A stretch of 64,000 nt of DNA from contig CM120642.1 in NCBI GenBank assembly GCA_051362555.1, forward strand, positions 1,860,001 to 1,924,000, read 5' to 3'. How positions within the stretch are numbered: position 1 is the first letter of the stretch; every line of letters begins with the position of its first letter. Positions 49,901-63,954 of the stretch are shown here, piece after piece. A program made the translations under genes and the position numbers. This stretch comes from Lingula anatina (taxonomy: Eukaryota > Animalia > Brachiopoda). The notes beneath the pieces are model-generated. The model was given only the letters and a program-made list of their open reading frames with translations. It ran no database searches and was not told the DNA's origin.

Positions 49901-50116
49901 TTCCCCAATTATTAATGATAATACGGTTATCAATCTCTCGGTGTCTTTTGCAAAACCATATCAGAAACAGTAAATAGAGTCTACACTGTAAATGTGTAGA
50001 CATGTTTAGTTGTGGACAGCAATAATTACCAGTTTTTTCAGCAATACAGCTTGCGATTTGTGATAGTCTAACTTTCCTAGTGTGGTTGGCCGATGCTTAT
50101 CTACCCAGAGACTCAT
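46368..50116 (-). CDS. RFC3: Replication factor C subunit 3, about 355 aa
   Basis: Exons 50116-50030, 49714-49509, 49291-49194, 48932-48751, 48456-48320, 47578-47480, 47131-47062, 46556-46368. [10 protein letters not shown], Walker [42 protein letters not shown]. Confidence 0.96.
46885..46924. repeat. (ATT)n microsatellite
   Basis: Directly visible in an RFC3 intron. Confidence 0.9.
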
Positions 50117-50533
50117 CTCCTTGCTTGGAATACTTTGCTATATCAAGTCCACTATTTCAACTCTAAGTTAACTCCGTTTTACATTAGTTTAGATACTAAT
50201 TTTCGCGGGAGCTCTGTCTCTGACGTCACATAACATGGTTTGTTCCACGTTCAATTCCCCTCCAACTTATTTTAGTTTTATTGTCTGCATTTATCATTTT
50301 TTAATTATAAAAAAGTTACATTATGTAAAATATATGTTTTTATATAAACATGGTAATAAATTATCCCTAAAAAGTGGCTTTACTGTTGGAATATATGGGG
50401 GCACTAAACTACGGGACGAGTCTGATAAATGACACAATTAGGGATTCCACGTCCAGCACTGTGCACCCTTCATACTAACTTTACATAATGTGATGTACCA
50501 GATGTGCAGTTTTTTCTCTTGGAGAATCCCACA
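50117..50533. promoter_or_regulatory. Divergent promoter RFC3/RWDD2
   Basis: Start codons about 420 bp apart. E2F-like TTTCGCGGGA (50201-50210) and CRE TGACGTCA (50221-50228). Confidence 0.55.
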
Positions 50534-51788
50534 ATGGAGGAAGAGGTATCAGTTGAACTTGTTCGTGAGATGTTAGAGCTTCAGTGTGCAGAGGTGGAGC
50601 TAATGCAAAGTATGTACTCTAACCCAGGAGAGTTTGTTTTGGACGATCCTTATGTCACCGATCACATCAAGCAATTTCTGGATGGTGACACTGACTACAC
50701 AGATTTTCATGACCGAATCAGCTTTACATTAAAGTTGAAGCTTGAAGGGGAAGAGGTGAGCAAAAGCTGCTTTTATGCAATCGTTTATATTTGATCTCCA
50801 AACTTGTTTATTTAAAAATGTTAAGGTATTTCATTTTATTTGGCAGTTCTCAGTAGAACACACACCTATCTAGGCATGTAACATGTACTGCCAGTTTTAC
50901 CTACATCTTTTGTATTTTTTTATAATTAAGATCAAATAAAATTGAATAAAATAAAATAAGTAAAGTTGAATAAAATAAAATAAATAAAATAAAAGTACTA
51001 TCCTGTAGATCTACAGCATGACTATTCAGACCAGTATCTTTCTTTAGAAAGCTGTAATTATTTCATATTTATTATCAGAACATTATTTATTCCAGGGTAA
51101 GGTGTCAGAGCTTGACTTAGTCTGCCGTCTTCCTCATGAATATCCATCCGTTTTACCGGAGGTGTTCACCAGAACCAACTACATATCACGTCAGCAATAC
51201 AAACAGTTCAGTGAAGACCTACAGGAGTTTATACAAGCCATGGAGGAGGGGGAAATATGCATCTCCAGTATAGTCCAATGGGTCCAAGAAAATTTTAACA
51301 ACTACATAGAAAAAGAGCCATTTGAGGCCCAAGATTTGGAGAAACAACAAAAAGCAGATCTGCAGGATACTACATTTTCAAGACTGTGGATTTATAGTCA
51401 TCATATTTTTAGCAAGTTTAAAAGGCATGATATCATAGAGTGGGCCAAGGAGCTGAATCTCACTGGATTCTGTCTTCCAGGCAAACCTGGCATTGTGTGT
51501 TTAGAGGGATACGACACGGACATTGAAATATACTGGCACAGATTCAGGAGGCTCAGCTGGAAACGCATCATGATCAAAGAGAAAGAAATTTGTGAGATTG
51601 AACAAGGGAAGTCAGTCGGGGAATTGAGAAAGTTTGAAAACTTTGAGGAAAAGAATTTTGTGCCAAGGTCTGGGAAGGGGAGAGAGTATCACATGGACTT
51701 GGGGTTGTTTTTTCAGTTTCTAGAGAAACATGATTGTGCCCAAATGTTTCAGGTGTTTTTTGGAGTAGATGGTAAAAGTGATAGATGA
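50534..51788 (+). CDS. RWDD2: RWD domain-containing protein 2 (RWDD2A/B family), about 304 aa
   Basis: Exons 50534-50755 and 51096-51788. RWD EVELMQSMY...LPHEYPSVLP and C-terminal RLWIYSHHI, WAKELNLTGFCLPGKPGIVCLEG, HMDLGLFFQFL. Confidence 0.9.
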
Positions 51789-52703
51789 CAAATGTTTTAA
51801 ATTAGGCAATTGCTCATAAATATTTATATATCTACATATTTTGTACTGGCCAGGCTATGTGTAGAAATTTAAGATAAATGAACATTTGAATTCCTTTTTA
51901 ATGTCTAGTCATATTTTAGAAAGATTGTGTTAGGTGAGATGGGGGCATTTGCTAAATTGTGTTAGTTGAGATGGGGGCATTTGCGAAACAGAGTTGCTGC
52001 CTTTGTAGACAATAGATCTTAAAAAATTTATAGTTCGTTTTTATAATGCATTAAAAAGCAATAACATTGTTACAGTGATGTTTATTATTATTGAAGGTGA
52101 TGGTTCCCAGTAGATATAAAACCAAGCATTTTTATTAGAAGTAAATGATCTCTATTATCACCAGGGCAATAAGACTGTTGAGTTTGTCTGTTAGTTCAGT
52201 TGTTATTTCAATTTTAACAATAATAAACTATTTATTATTTAACTACTGAAGTTCTTATAATATTTATTGAAATCTTGTTTTTACGAGTTCACCAACTTTC
52301 TTACCAAAACTGTGGCTGAGGAGGACTACTTCAGGTATTGATATCTCAACACAAAAGGCAGTTTTCAATCTGAACACAGATCAATTTATTTTTACATTGT
52401 AAAGCAACAATAAATATCACCAGTTTATAAATCATCAATAACAAATGGTACAAACTTATCTAAAACTTTCACATAAACGTACAGATATGCTAGCAAGTAA
52501 AATCGTTTACATATATATATATGCAAAGAAAAAATACATGTTTAAAAACTTACAGTACAAATATGTCTAACATTTCAAAACAGCCTGAAGCATAAAAACT
52601 AAGAGATATGATTGGCATTGTGACTCCTACATGTCCAGCAACACATGGCAAATGTCCCTTCTTGGGGACGTTTATAACTTGGCTATGAAGCTAGCACAGT
52701 GAG

Positions 52704-53303
52704 TAGTCCGGTTGCTTAGGGCAAAAAAATGGCCAAATCGTGACACGGCGGATAAAAGCACCAAATTTTGCATGTGGGTACCTTTTGACATACTAAATCA
52801 AATTAGAGCCGTAGCCCACGGAAAAAAATTACCGTTTGGCCAAAAAATCCAAAATGGCCGCCAATTTGTGAAATTCTGTAGAAATATATACATACCTATG
52901 TTGATTTTTATCAAATTAAGTATTTTCTCAATGTTTTCCACATCCTTATTACCCATATTATGCATATGTGTCAGATAACAAAGTAGTGTCCTTGGACTTT
53001 TTGAAAAATCCAAGATGGCCGCCATATGGCATAGAAATATTAGACCTTGTACACAGGTTTTCAACTAACTAATGCCAACTAGGAAGATGCATTGCCCACT
53101 ATCTAATTGTTTCTTATTACACAAATAATATATTTGTGGTGAGTAACTAACCTTTATTCTCAGGCATTTCGAGAAAAATCCAAGATGGCCGCCATATCAA
53201 AAGAATACTAGTATACACAAAGGGCTTCTTCTGCCATGGAGATATAATATTAATTGATAAATTAGGTTTGTTTCTGAGTATTTTCCACATCTTTTTAATT
53301 CAC

Positions 53304-53372
<69 letters not shown>

Positions 53373-55433
53373 AGAATGTTATGTGTATCCTTTTTGAAAA
53401 GAAAAAACAAAATGGCTGCCATTAGCCATAGAAGGTGGGGTTCAGTTAATACCTGCGGGAGATAGGCTTACATATAAAATGAAGCTGAATTCAGTTGTTA
53501 TTCTGTTTTTTTTAGTATTATTATCCCTTGATACATATCTGTTAGGTAATTAATGTCCATATTTTATCATTTTGAGGAAATCCAAGATGGCCTTTTTTCC
53601 CCATAGGAAAACTGGTGCCCTAGATTTTATAGGCACTTCTAAGGCAAATGAGGGTAATCATGATATTTTGTCAAAATACCTAAGGGTATACATTTGTTAC
53701 CCACCAGATAGATATCTCAAAGTCCAAAAAGAATGTGGGAAATACCGAGAAACAAAATTAATTTTACATTGAACCCAATGTCTCTCTGGCAGTAGTTGAA
53801 TGTACTATTCCTATTGTGAATTACAGCAATCTTGAATTTTCTCAAATGCGCAAGATGTACACTTGCTACACACCAGATTTATATAGAGTAAGGTTAATAA
53901 GGATGTCAACATGTTTGAACATCAAACGGCTTTATTTCATGTTGGAATCAATGCCTGAACTGTTCCATTAATTGACACCTCTTTGCATTTGAATGATATA
54001 TTCCTATGACAACTGGCAGCTATCTTGGGTTTTCTCCGAATAATACTCAAGGATACATACACTTTCTACACACACGGAGTCTTTCATAAGGATAAATAGG
54101 ATATACAAACATTTCAAAATGATCTTAAATTAACTACATTTAAATTGTACTCATTGTATCTCTGGCATTATTTGATTATGTGTTCGAATATTCTAATGAC
54201 AAAAGGCAGACATCTTGAATTATTTCCAGAATACCCAAAGATACACACTTGCTACAGACCAGGTATACATCATAGGAGTAATAATAAATGGAATGAAAAA
54301 CATAAATTATTTTTAAAACAGACCCATGGTTATGTAATTGTATAATAAACCATATGCCTCTCTAGCAGCAATTGAAACCCACCCATTTGTATTCCTATGT
54401 CAAATTGTAGCTATCTTGGATTTTCTCAGAATATCCAAGGACGTACACTGTTTACCCACCAGATATATATCATAGGGCTAATACGGATGGGCAAAACATG
54501 ATAAGCAAACGCAATTTCACCTTGGTAGTAGATGAAAAGCCATGGATGTGCAGTTGTTATTCCAGTAGTATTCCTATGGCCAATGACGGCCATCTTGGAT
54601 TTTCTCAAAATGATCAAATATGCACATTTATTACCTGCTAGATATGTATCACAGTGTAATAATTATGTGTAAAACACTAAAGAAAATAAACTGAATTTGA
54701 AAGTGAATTAGCTGGCATTAGTTCCAATCCTTTGTAACACTAGAAGTATTCCTATGACATATGGCGGCCATCTTGGATTTTCTCAAAATGCCCAGGAATA
54801 CATGTTAGTTACTCACCACATACATATTGTGTGGGTGGAAAGGATGTGGGAAACACCCAGAAACAAACTTAATTTAATAGTTGAAAATTAATCTTTCCAG
54901 TTGCCATTAGTTGAATCCCCCGTATACTAGAATTACTGTGTCACATGGCAGCCATCTTGGATTTTCCGAAATGTCCAAGAACACTTTATAGTTACTCACC
55001 ACAAACATATTATGTGGGTAACAAAAATCTGAGAAACAGACTTTATTTGATAGTGGACAACGTATCTTTCTAGCTGGTATTAGTTGTGCACTAGTATTCC
55101 TATGGCTGTTTCTATGGCATATGACAACCATCTTGGATTTTTTCAAAAAGTCCAAGGGAACTTGTTTGCTATCTGACATATATAAATAAAATGGGTCATA
55201 AGGGTGTGGAAAACTCTGAGAAAATAATTTATTTAATAAAAATCAACATAGGTATGTAAACATTTCTATAGAATTCCATAAATTGGCGGCCATTTTGGAA
55301 TTTTTGGCCAAACGGTAATTTTTTTCCGTGGGCTACGGCTCTAATTTGATTTAGTATGTCAAAAGGTACCCACATGCAAAATTTAGTGCTTTTATCCGCC
55401 GTGTCACGATTTTTTCCTTAAGCCACCGGACTA
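52704..55433. mobile_element. Non-autonomous Academ-like DNA transposon (2.7 kb)
   Basis: Termini TAGTCCGG...CCGGACTA, 3-bp direct repeat GAG at 52701-52703 and 55434-55436, TIRs over 300 bp, internal degenerate repeats of about 160-200 bp. TAG termini with a 3-4 bp TSD are characteristic of Academ. No transposase ORF. Confidence 0.8.
53308..53368. repeat. (TA)n microsatellite inside the Academ-like element
   Basis: Directly visible. Confidence 0.95.
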
Positions 55434-57893
55434 GAGCTTGCACCTTGTAATGTTAATATTATCATTTTATCATACTTTTCTTTTCAAATAGTAAGAGACT
55501 CATATTACGTAATAACTCGAAATGAATAGAACCCATAATGCTCATTTTAAACCTGACCATTTTCTGGTGTCCGATAAATCTGTCACAATTATATATTATG
55601 AATATAAATGAAATCAACTCTGCATATATAAATCAAAAACAAAGCACAAAAATAAAACATATTGCACTCCAAACTAGCACAAAGATTGTTTGCATTAACA
55701 AAAATAGAAAGCTCACTCTCAACACTTTTTTTCCCTTCACAACATGTCCAATTCAGTCCCTTAGTTCTGACAGTGGGTAGAGAATGATTCCAAATTTGGG
55801 AGCAGGCAAAGGATCTGTTAGCCCCAGTTATAGACTAACAACAATAACTCAGGCTTACCTACCATATGTGTTGGAACTCCACAAAAATCATTCAATACAG
55901 GGTGTTGTGTGTTTAATGCAGCCTGTTTGTTTATCCAAGAAGCTTTAAATCTCTAACCAAACCAGTCTTAAGTCAAATTGGTCCATGCCCAAAACAAAAA
56001 TGCATGCAAGAAATAAAGTTTTTGCAAGATCAATTAAGCAACACCACTATTTTCCACTATGTCAATATGCAAACTAAAAACTGACTTGCACAAATTTTTC
56101 TGCTCCTGCAGCATTTTACAAACACTTAATAAAGAACATGGCACAAAAATATAAACAACAATAAGTTTCATCAAGTTCTAAAACTGAAGACTGATAGTTC
56201 TGGTTGGAAGCAGTATGTCACTGTTAAATCATACAGGCAATAACAGGCATTAAGATTTATCCCTCGAAACATATAGACCATGAAATTGAATGTGTTATAA
56301 CCTGTAATAAAAATACATGAAAAGCCATGTAAATATTACGTGTTTGAAGTCTCTTGAATATATAGTACTCAAATTGTTATCATTTTGTTACAATGAGGTA
56401 AATAATACATGAACAAACCATAGAAAACATTTTGCAGAGATCACTGACAAGGGTTTCAATTAAAAAAATGTTTTTCTAGACAATTAATAATTGACATATG
56501 TTTTTCAAATTGATAAACAAATAAAAAATTACACTACTTATTTGACCTATAAAAAGACCCCATGCTTCGGCCTTTACTCTGGGGATAAATATTGAAAAAG
56601 ACAAACCATCCTGGCAGAGGGAGGTTCTGGTGCACTCTGTCTCTGTCAGTTTTCTCAAAAATTCTGATTTTGAAAAATCACAGCAAAAGCAGATGCCTTT
56701 CTGCCTCAACCCCAATGACTATATATATATATAAATATATATATATCCAAAACATAGAACAGATTCTGCATGATTGTGCGAAGTTTATCTGACAAGTACC
56801 GAGAGGAGATTCTGAATACTTTACTGTCTATCAGATATATGTAAGCAACAGACACCCAATTAAAATGGTTTCCATACAGTAAATAAAAGCACCTTGACAG
56901 AAAGCTACACAATATAACTTATCACAGATCTCCACTTGTAAAGTTGGCAGGAGTGGAAATAACTAAAACCTGCATGATATCATCTACCCTCATGATCTAA
57001 TTTTCCCTGTATTATAGTAAGCATCACAATTGTTAAAACTGGCTGAGAGTTATCATTACCATGTTTTAAACATTGCTGGAGCTTTTACTACTGAAGTGAT
57101 GCTATAGGTTCTGTAAATAAATGTAACAAATGTTTGATGTGAAGAAAAAGTTTATGAAGTTGGTGTACATGGGACCATGATTTCAGACTCCACCCCTACC
57201 CCTCCCAACAAGGTCATCCCTTTAAAAGTTTTGGGGTTGGTGTCTTTTTCCTCTCTTTATGAACATTTTCTTATTAAATGCCTAAAAGTAATTTTAAAAT
57301 TCTTAACCCCTTGATAATTCTCCTAAAACTGTTAAAAGAAATTTGAATTCTTATAACACTCTATGGACTACAAATGCTTTCTCCTCACACAATTGACAAG
57401 AGGCTTTTCATCATATATAAATGCCTTCGCGACAATGAACACAGTTATTCCACCTGAAACAACCTGTTCTATTCTGTTCGCCATACCAGCAGCATATATC
57501 TACCTGTCTGCTGTATTGATATCATACCACTGTAGAAATATGTGGTAACTTTACGTCCTAAAATACAGTAAAAAGCCATACAACATGTACACATTAATAC
57601 ATGTACCACAAGATTCACATACTAGCACATGTAGAATGTGGAACAAATATTCACAAAATATACAAAAAGCCACTCTCATAGGATGCTACCCCTCACCCCA
57701 CCCCTTTAGGCATACAAGCAACCTGTGATATGACGGAAGAGAGTTCTCCCCATGTTTGCCTCCCACGTTCTGTATCATTATCTGTAATGTGATGCTCACA
57801 TTTTAACTCTAGGTCCTTTTTGCAGAATCCCCCCCCCCAAGACTCATAGCCTCATGGACAGTCACAGCATCAGTATAACTAAATTAAACCTAA

Positions 57894-59596
57894 TTAATTT
57901 AATTTGCAGCAGGAGAGCCCTCCTACAGGGGAAGAACCTCCGTTAGGCATTCCCACTTTACCGGAGGTACTGTCTTGTCTTGGGCGTAAGAAGTTTTCCT
58001 TAGCTTGCTTTGTGAGCTCCACAGCAATTTCTGTAAAAAGTCTGTCCACGTTTTCTGCCTCCTTGGCGGAGGTCTCTAAGTATCGCATACTGTGTTGCTT
58101 GGCGAAGTGTTCGCCAATTTCTGCAGGGATTTCTCTGTGTAAAAGTCTGTCACTTTTGTTACCTACGGAAGACAAAAAAAAAAAAAAAAAAAAATTAAAT
58201 ATTTTAACTTTACCACACTGGAGATTAAAAAGCTAGAAAATAACCAGAAAATGTCTGTGAATATCTAGTGAAAAAACTTCTCTCTGCAGCATGGTAGAGG
58301 GTACCTCCACCTTCATTACTAGTCTAAGAACGGTTTCTAATTTATGAAATCGCAATGCCCAGCCCCATTTTCAAATCACTCACCTACAAGATATGTCAAT
58401 ACTTTTGAGCTTGCGTAGGTATCAATTTCTTTAATCCAGTTTGGAAGACAGTCAAATGTGGGTTGGCATGTGATATCATAGACCAGTATGAGAGCGTTGG
58501 CAGAGCGGTAGTAGCTCTGGGTTATACAGCGGAACCTCTCTTGGCCTGCAGTGTCCCAGATCTGAAGCTGAGAGCCAATAACATAAATATCTGCACTGAA
58601 CTAGTGGTTTTTGTAACATAGAAATGACAACTATTTGGTTGCATTTAACAAAGTTTTCTAAATATGAAATGCAGATTTTAATTGGATGTACCTAAAATAT
58701 TCTTTTGTCCTTTAAAAATTTACTTAAAAAGTATCAATTTTAGCAATCATCACATTTAGTTTTAGTTTCAACAAAGTAGTATTTATAATTTAGCATAACA
58801 GTGACCTTTGCCTATTCTTTTTTGGTATAAGAAGACCCTGACATTGTGCACCAACCTTGACCTTGTCTCCATCAACTTCCACAGTCTTGATCATAAAATC
58901 TACGCCAATGGTGGCACCCTGTCCTGGAGGGAAAAGGCCCTAAAATTTGAATTGGAATCTATTAATATGCTACAGGTCAAATAAGGGGAACAATATCACA
59001 ATTGAACTTCTATGTACCAGACCTTTAAAACAAAGGTGAACTGCTTGATGCTTATAAAATATGCATAAATCTTTGCATGTTTTATTGGTATCAAGGATGT
59101 TCAAAAGACATTACATTTTACTTTGCATAGATAGGTAAACAAGTAGATAATGACAGAAAATTACTGCCCAGAGTTTTGACTATATCCGTGGTTACATATA
59201 TATATGTTGATATTGTCTGTGGTTTAGTGAGAGCACAGTATTCATGTCTGATAGCATGAGAGTTGTGAATATAAATATTTTGGTTTATACATTAAGAGAA
59301 TCTTTATCTAGCCATCAGATCCATCCTGTCTCCAGATAACATGTATTTAAGAGGGTCATTGTCTGGACAGGAGAGAACAATGTCCTAAAACACTCTGCAC
59401 CAAGAAATCAAATCTAGTACAAGTATTTCCAACACAACTTTACAGAAATTTTGATTACACATTTTCAGGTACATGTATAAGCAAAATATGCATGCTAAAA
59501 TAATAATAACATTTATAGTAAGCCAACAAGCCTGGCTATCTCCTTTAAAAAAAAAAGAAAAAAAAATGGCCACACAAGCACATACACACATGCACG

Positions 59597-59648
<52 letters not shown>

Positions 59649-62549
59649 ATAATCTGACTTAATATAAATCACACTGACTATCATGTCTTTTGCAAAATGA
59701 ATCACTGATCTGCTAAAAAAATTGACTCTAATTCCTACTCCTACTGGTGATATGCAATGATATTGATCCTCTCCAAATGGCCACATGCATATGTTTTCTT
59801 AACCAGGAACAGTCTGGTAGTACTGTCCCCATAGGAATCATTACACAGTGTGGAAAACAGACAAAATTCTGGATCTTCTAAACAGGTTATTTTTTTGTTT
59901 TTCTGGTCTAATAATAATCATCATCTCTTTTTCAATATTCCGTTTCATCCCAGTTCCAATGAGTAATGCTCTGCTTATCAAACAAAACAAAGAGACAAAA
60001 ATCAATAGTTATCCCCACTTTTAGCAACACTAATGGATTTTGTCTGGGTTCTGAACAGTTGGGTTATACTGACACTTCTGTTGAGACTGAATACCAGCTA
60101 GATATGTATATACTTTTATACTAAGAGCTACGAGGGTGTCACTATGGAATCCTGTATCACCAAAACCACAGCTGAAAATATCCTTGATATCAGTATTTAT
60201 TGGAGCTATGTTAATTGTTTCACAGAACACAGACATGGTTTGTTCTTAAACCTAAATCCACTGGTAATATAAATAATTAACTTTTTCTGTTCAAATATGA
60301 TGAACCTCTATGATAATGCACAATGGCATCATAGGCATTTTCATTCAACAACAATTAACATTGTAGCAGGCAGAAGTGCCACATGTACATAACAGTTTAT
60401 CATGTGTTTTACAATAGATGCCTGAAAACAAAGTACTAGTACTTATGGTAAGAAATCCTTGAAATGTGAGGGCTGTTAACCGTAGTTATTCAAAATGTGT
60501 ATGTTATACATTCATTACTTATCATGGTGCTGGCAGCAGAATACAAAACAGAGTGCAAAACTGAATACCAAGGATATTAACGGTGAAAGAAAAAAATGCA
60601 TGCATAAATACATACAGTGAGTGGGTTATGCTATTACATTAGCTTGATGGCAGAAATGCTATCATCAATGACCAATTTTTTTTTACTGAACTGCGTATTG
60701 GTGTCCATGCATGGGAAATGCAATTACCACGTTGAATACACTTTATCTTAATAGGATCTATAAAATGATTGTTCCAATTTAGTTAAGATAGAGAAAAAGT
60801 GATGGCATTTTAACAGCTTTGAATCTAGACATATAAAACCACTTCAACTGATGATTTGTTGCATGCAGCATAGCATGTTCACCTATATATTTCAGCAATG
60901 GATTGGAATAATTTTGTTTGGCTATTAAATAATGAGCATATTTGCATTTTTTCGCTGATTTTGGTAGAAAATTTTAATTTGCAATTCTGGGTACAATACT
61001 TTTTGGTAACAAGGCTAAATCAAAAGTGAAGACAAAAATACTATAGCCCATCAAAATAAAGCAATAAAAAATCACACCACTTGTTAAATATTCCACAAGG
61101 ATTGGCAATCAATTCAGGGAATCTACTTGATAGCAATAATCTTAAAATTATTACCACTGCAACTAGTCTAAATTCTACAGGGGAAAATCTCAGGGGTGTA
61201 CTTATAAGTAGGAGCTAGTCGGCATCAGCAAGAATTGTATTGGGTCAGGGTGTTTCTGGTCTACATCTGTAGACTCAGTGGTATTGATCTGTGTCTCAAA
61301 TGTAGAGTAATGCTTTGTGTGTGCTGGGTTATGCTCCTTGTATGTCATACAGTGAAAACTTGAAAATTTATTCCGTCTTGAAAATTTTGTCAGAAAACCG
61401 TTCTCCACCTCCACAATTTGAAAATTTTGTCAAACTTGAAAACGGGCCTCTCCATAATGTTTAAGGTGACAAAATTTGGGTTTGTTGGATTCGTGCATTT
61501 AAAAATACTAATAAATTTTTTAAGCGATGGAAATTTCATGTTTTTAGCACAATACATCCCAGTGTTGTGGTAAAGTTTACCAGAGGTTTAATACACACAA
61601 CACAGATACAGTACATGTACACAACACCTGGGTATAAAGTATACTACTAATTTGTTTTATCACTTAACAAATGGCCATGAATAAATTTGCTTTAATCAAT
61701 ACTAAAAGAAATTAAAGGCCATTTTGGCAAGAAATCGGTCAAAGCACTTGTAATGAACCTTTTTTTATATACATATGGAATGAATGTGCTAAATTTAGAA
61801 AATTTAGTACGCTTAATTCAAGCGTTTTTGACTTACTTCGCAGATATTTGCAAACCAGATTGTTCATATCAGAAATTTACCAGAATTGTTTAGCCTTTAC
61901 CCTGACCTGATTTTTATTCTGGTTTATTAGTAAAAAGAGTGAAGAACCTGTCACTAAAAAATAATTATCAATGATGTTGAGGCATACATGTACTAGAGCT
62001 AGTCAGCTAGAGAGACTATGCTTGAACCCATTCTACTGGTACACTTATGGAGAACAATAAGCAATATTTGCCTGAATCCATCAAGGGTTGAAAGGAAGAT
62101 TCATTTTTTTTTATCAAGTGTTTAATGAGCCCAAGAACTCTGTCACTCTTGAGTGGTGCTATGAGTTTACTGCAGTATATCCATTTTAACCAGGCATACT
62201 CATTAACACCAATGCAAAATTTGCTAAGAGCTGCTACATATATTGCAGGTGGTGAAATATACAGTATATCCTCCAATAGATGAAAGCAGGTACAAGTGGT
62301 GTAGCCCCAGACCTGTTCCAAACAAAATATTTAATGTATTCCCCCACCCTCTCTCACTAGAAGAAAAGACACACACACACACATAGCTACTATATGGCTG
62401 TGAACACTGTGACTCACAAAAGCAAAATATGACATCATCCTCAGTTTTAAGTATTTTCTTTGCAACTTAATTTTCTATTCAACATTTAAATTATATTACA
62501 CAGCTTATATTATGTGACTGGCCAAAAACGGTAATATTCCATAATTCCA

Positions 62550-62587
<38 letters not shown>

Positions 62588-62771
62588 TTGCATGTGTGCA
62601 TTCACCAGTGTATCATATTATACACCTCTGTTTGCACACACCAATGCAAGTGCACATATTTAACTTCTAATAGTAATTTATTACCTGAGTAAACCGTCTG
62701 ACCAAACATGTCTTTCCAACTCCAGCATTGCCAATGAGTACTACCTTAAACAGGTATTTGTAGTCTTCCAT
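57894..62771 (-). CDS. RAB30: Ras-related protein Rab-30, 207 aa
   Basis: Exons 62771-62685, 58939-58856, 58567-58384, 58162-57894. [62 protein letters not shown]-terminal SCCKLN prenylation motif. Confidence 0.96.
59581..59645. repeat. (CA)n microsatellite
   Basis: Directly visible. Confidence 0.95.
62551..62586. repeat. (TG)n microsatellite
   Basis: Directly visible. Confidence 0.95.
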
Positions 62772-63954
62772 TCCTTAAAGCTATGTGGACACTGGCCAAG
62801 ACATTGGGATCCTGAAAAAAAGGAGAGCTAAGTTTGAGTAGATTTTAAAGTTATTTAATTCAATGGTCAACAATGGTTCAAGAGATGCTTGGTACTTGTT
62901 ATGTGGATTCCTCTTCGGTCCTGATACAGGGATATAGAAACTGGTCAAGGTTTGATACCGTACCTGAGTATTTTGCAAAAAAATGCATTCTTTATAATTC
63001 TTATCTGCAGGCTGTCATTTCCAAAACTTCTATAACCATTTGAATACTAGTACACTGCAAATGCATGGTATAACTGGTGGAAATAAATTTTACAGGGAGC
63101 AGCTTTAGTACAGGCACATGAATTGGTTCCCTCAATCTGAATGTTTTAATCTATATTATACTCCCTCTATGCTTTAGTGAAAGCTTACTTGTAAATCACA
63201 GCAGTTTTATCGGCGTTCTCCACAAGACTTTGTGCCGCTATGCTTTCATGGTGCTTTACCAATCTTTTCTTGAATTTTGACTGTTTGTTGGTAACAACTT
63301 TCTTATATCCTTCAAGAAAGGGTTGACATATGAGTCAGCTCCGTGTATGATCCATGCAGTTGTAAAATCCACGGTGGCAGGACGCTGGTCAATATAAGTA
63401 TAAAGGTAGGATGTCCGGCTGCAAGTTTATTTTCGGAGTGTCAACACACTGTTCACAACAAATCTGACCTCAGCACTGCGAGCTAAAAATAGAACATGAC
63501 GTCACGCATTGACAGACCAGCTTGGGCGTTTTCAAAATGCAACTCGATGTGGTTAGACGTCTTCAGGCGATATGTTTCTTGAGTCAAAGTCTGAAAATGT
63601 AGATCTAAATGAATGACGACAGAAAATGTTTCTATCATTATTTAGTAAACCTCAATTTTTTTTTCAAAACACTATTTGTTTTCTTTGCATTCATTGGTCA
63701 ATCCCAAGTGAGGTCGAATTAATCTTTGTAAAGTCTGTCTACATTCGAACCAATGGCAAGTGAGGAAACAGACAGCTTTGGGGAAACATTTTAACCTCGA
63801 TTTAACATTACTTCGAGGAGGACGCCATTTTTGTGCCAAAGATATTTTAGTTACAACCTTTTGTTAGTTTACCACTATGTGGATGTAAATATAACTTTGT
63901 TTAATTGCCATACAGGCACACAAAAGTCCAAAGAACGGGAAGACAGATTAAAAG

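Noticed and set aside
51924-51983. Duplication of about 32 bp in the RWDD2 3' UTR containing AGGTGAG
   Set aside because: Not at an annotated exon boundary, so not counted in the splice-site pattern.
52712-55179. Short ORFs within the Academ-like element
   Set aside because: They derive from TIR and internal repeats and show no transposase motifs.
58520-58545. RAB30 switch II reads RFRCIT instead of the usual RFRSIT
   Set aside because: A single substitution with all G-box motifs intact, so no basis for a functional claim.
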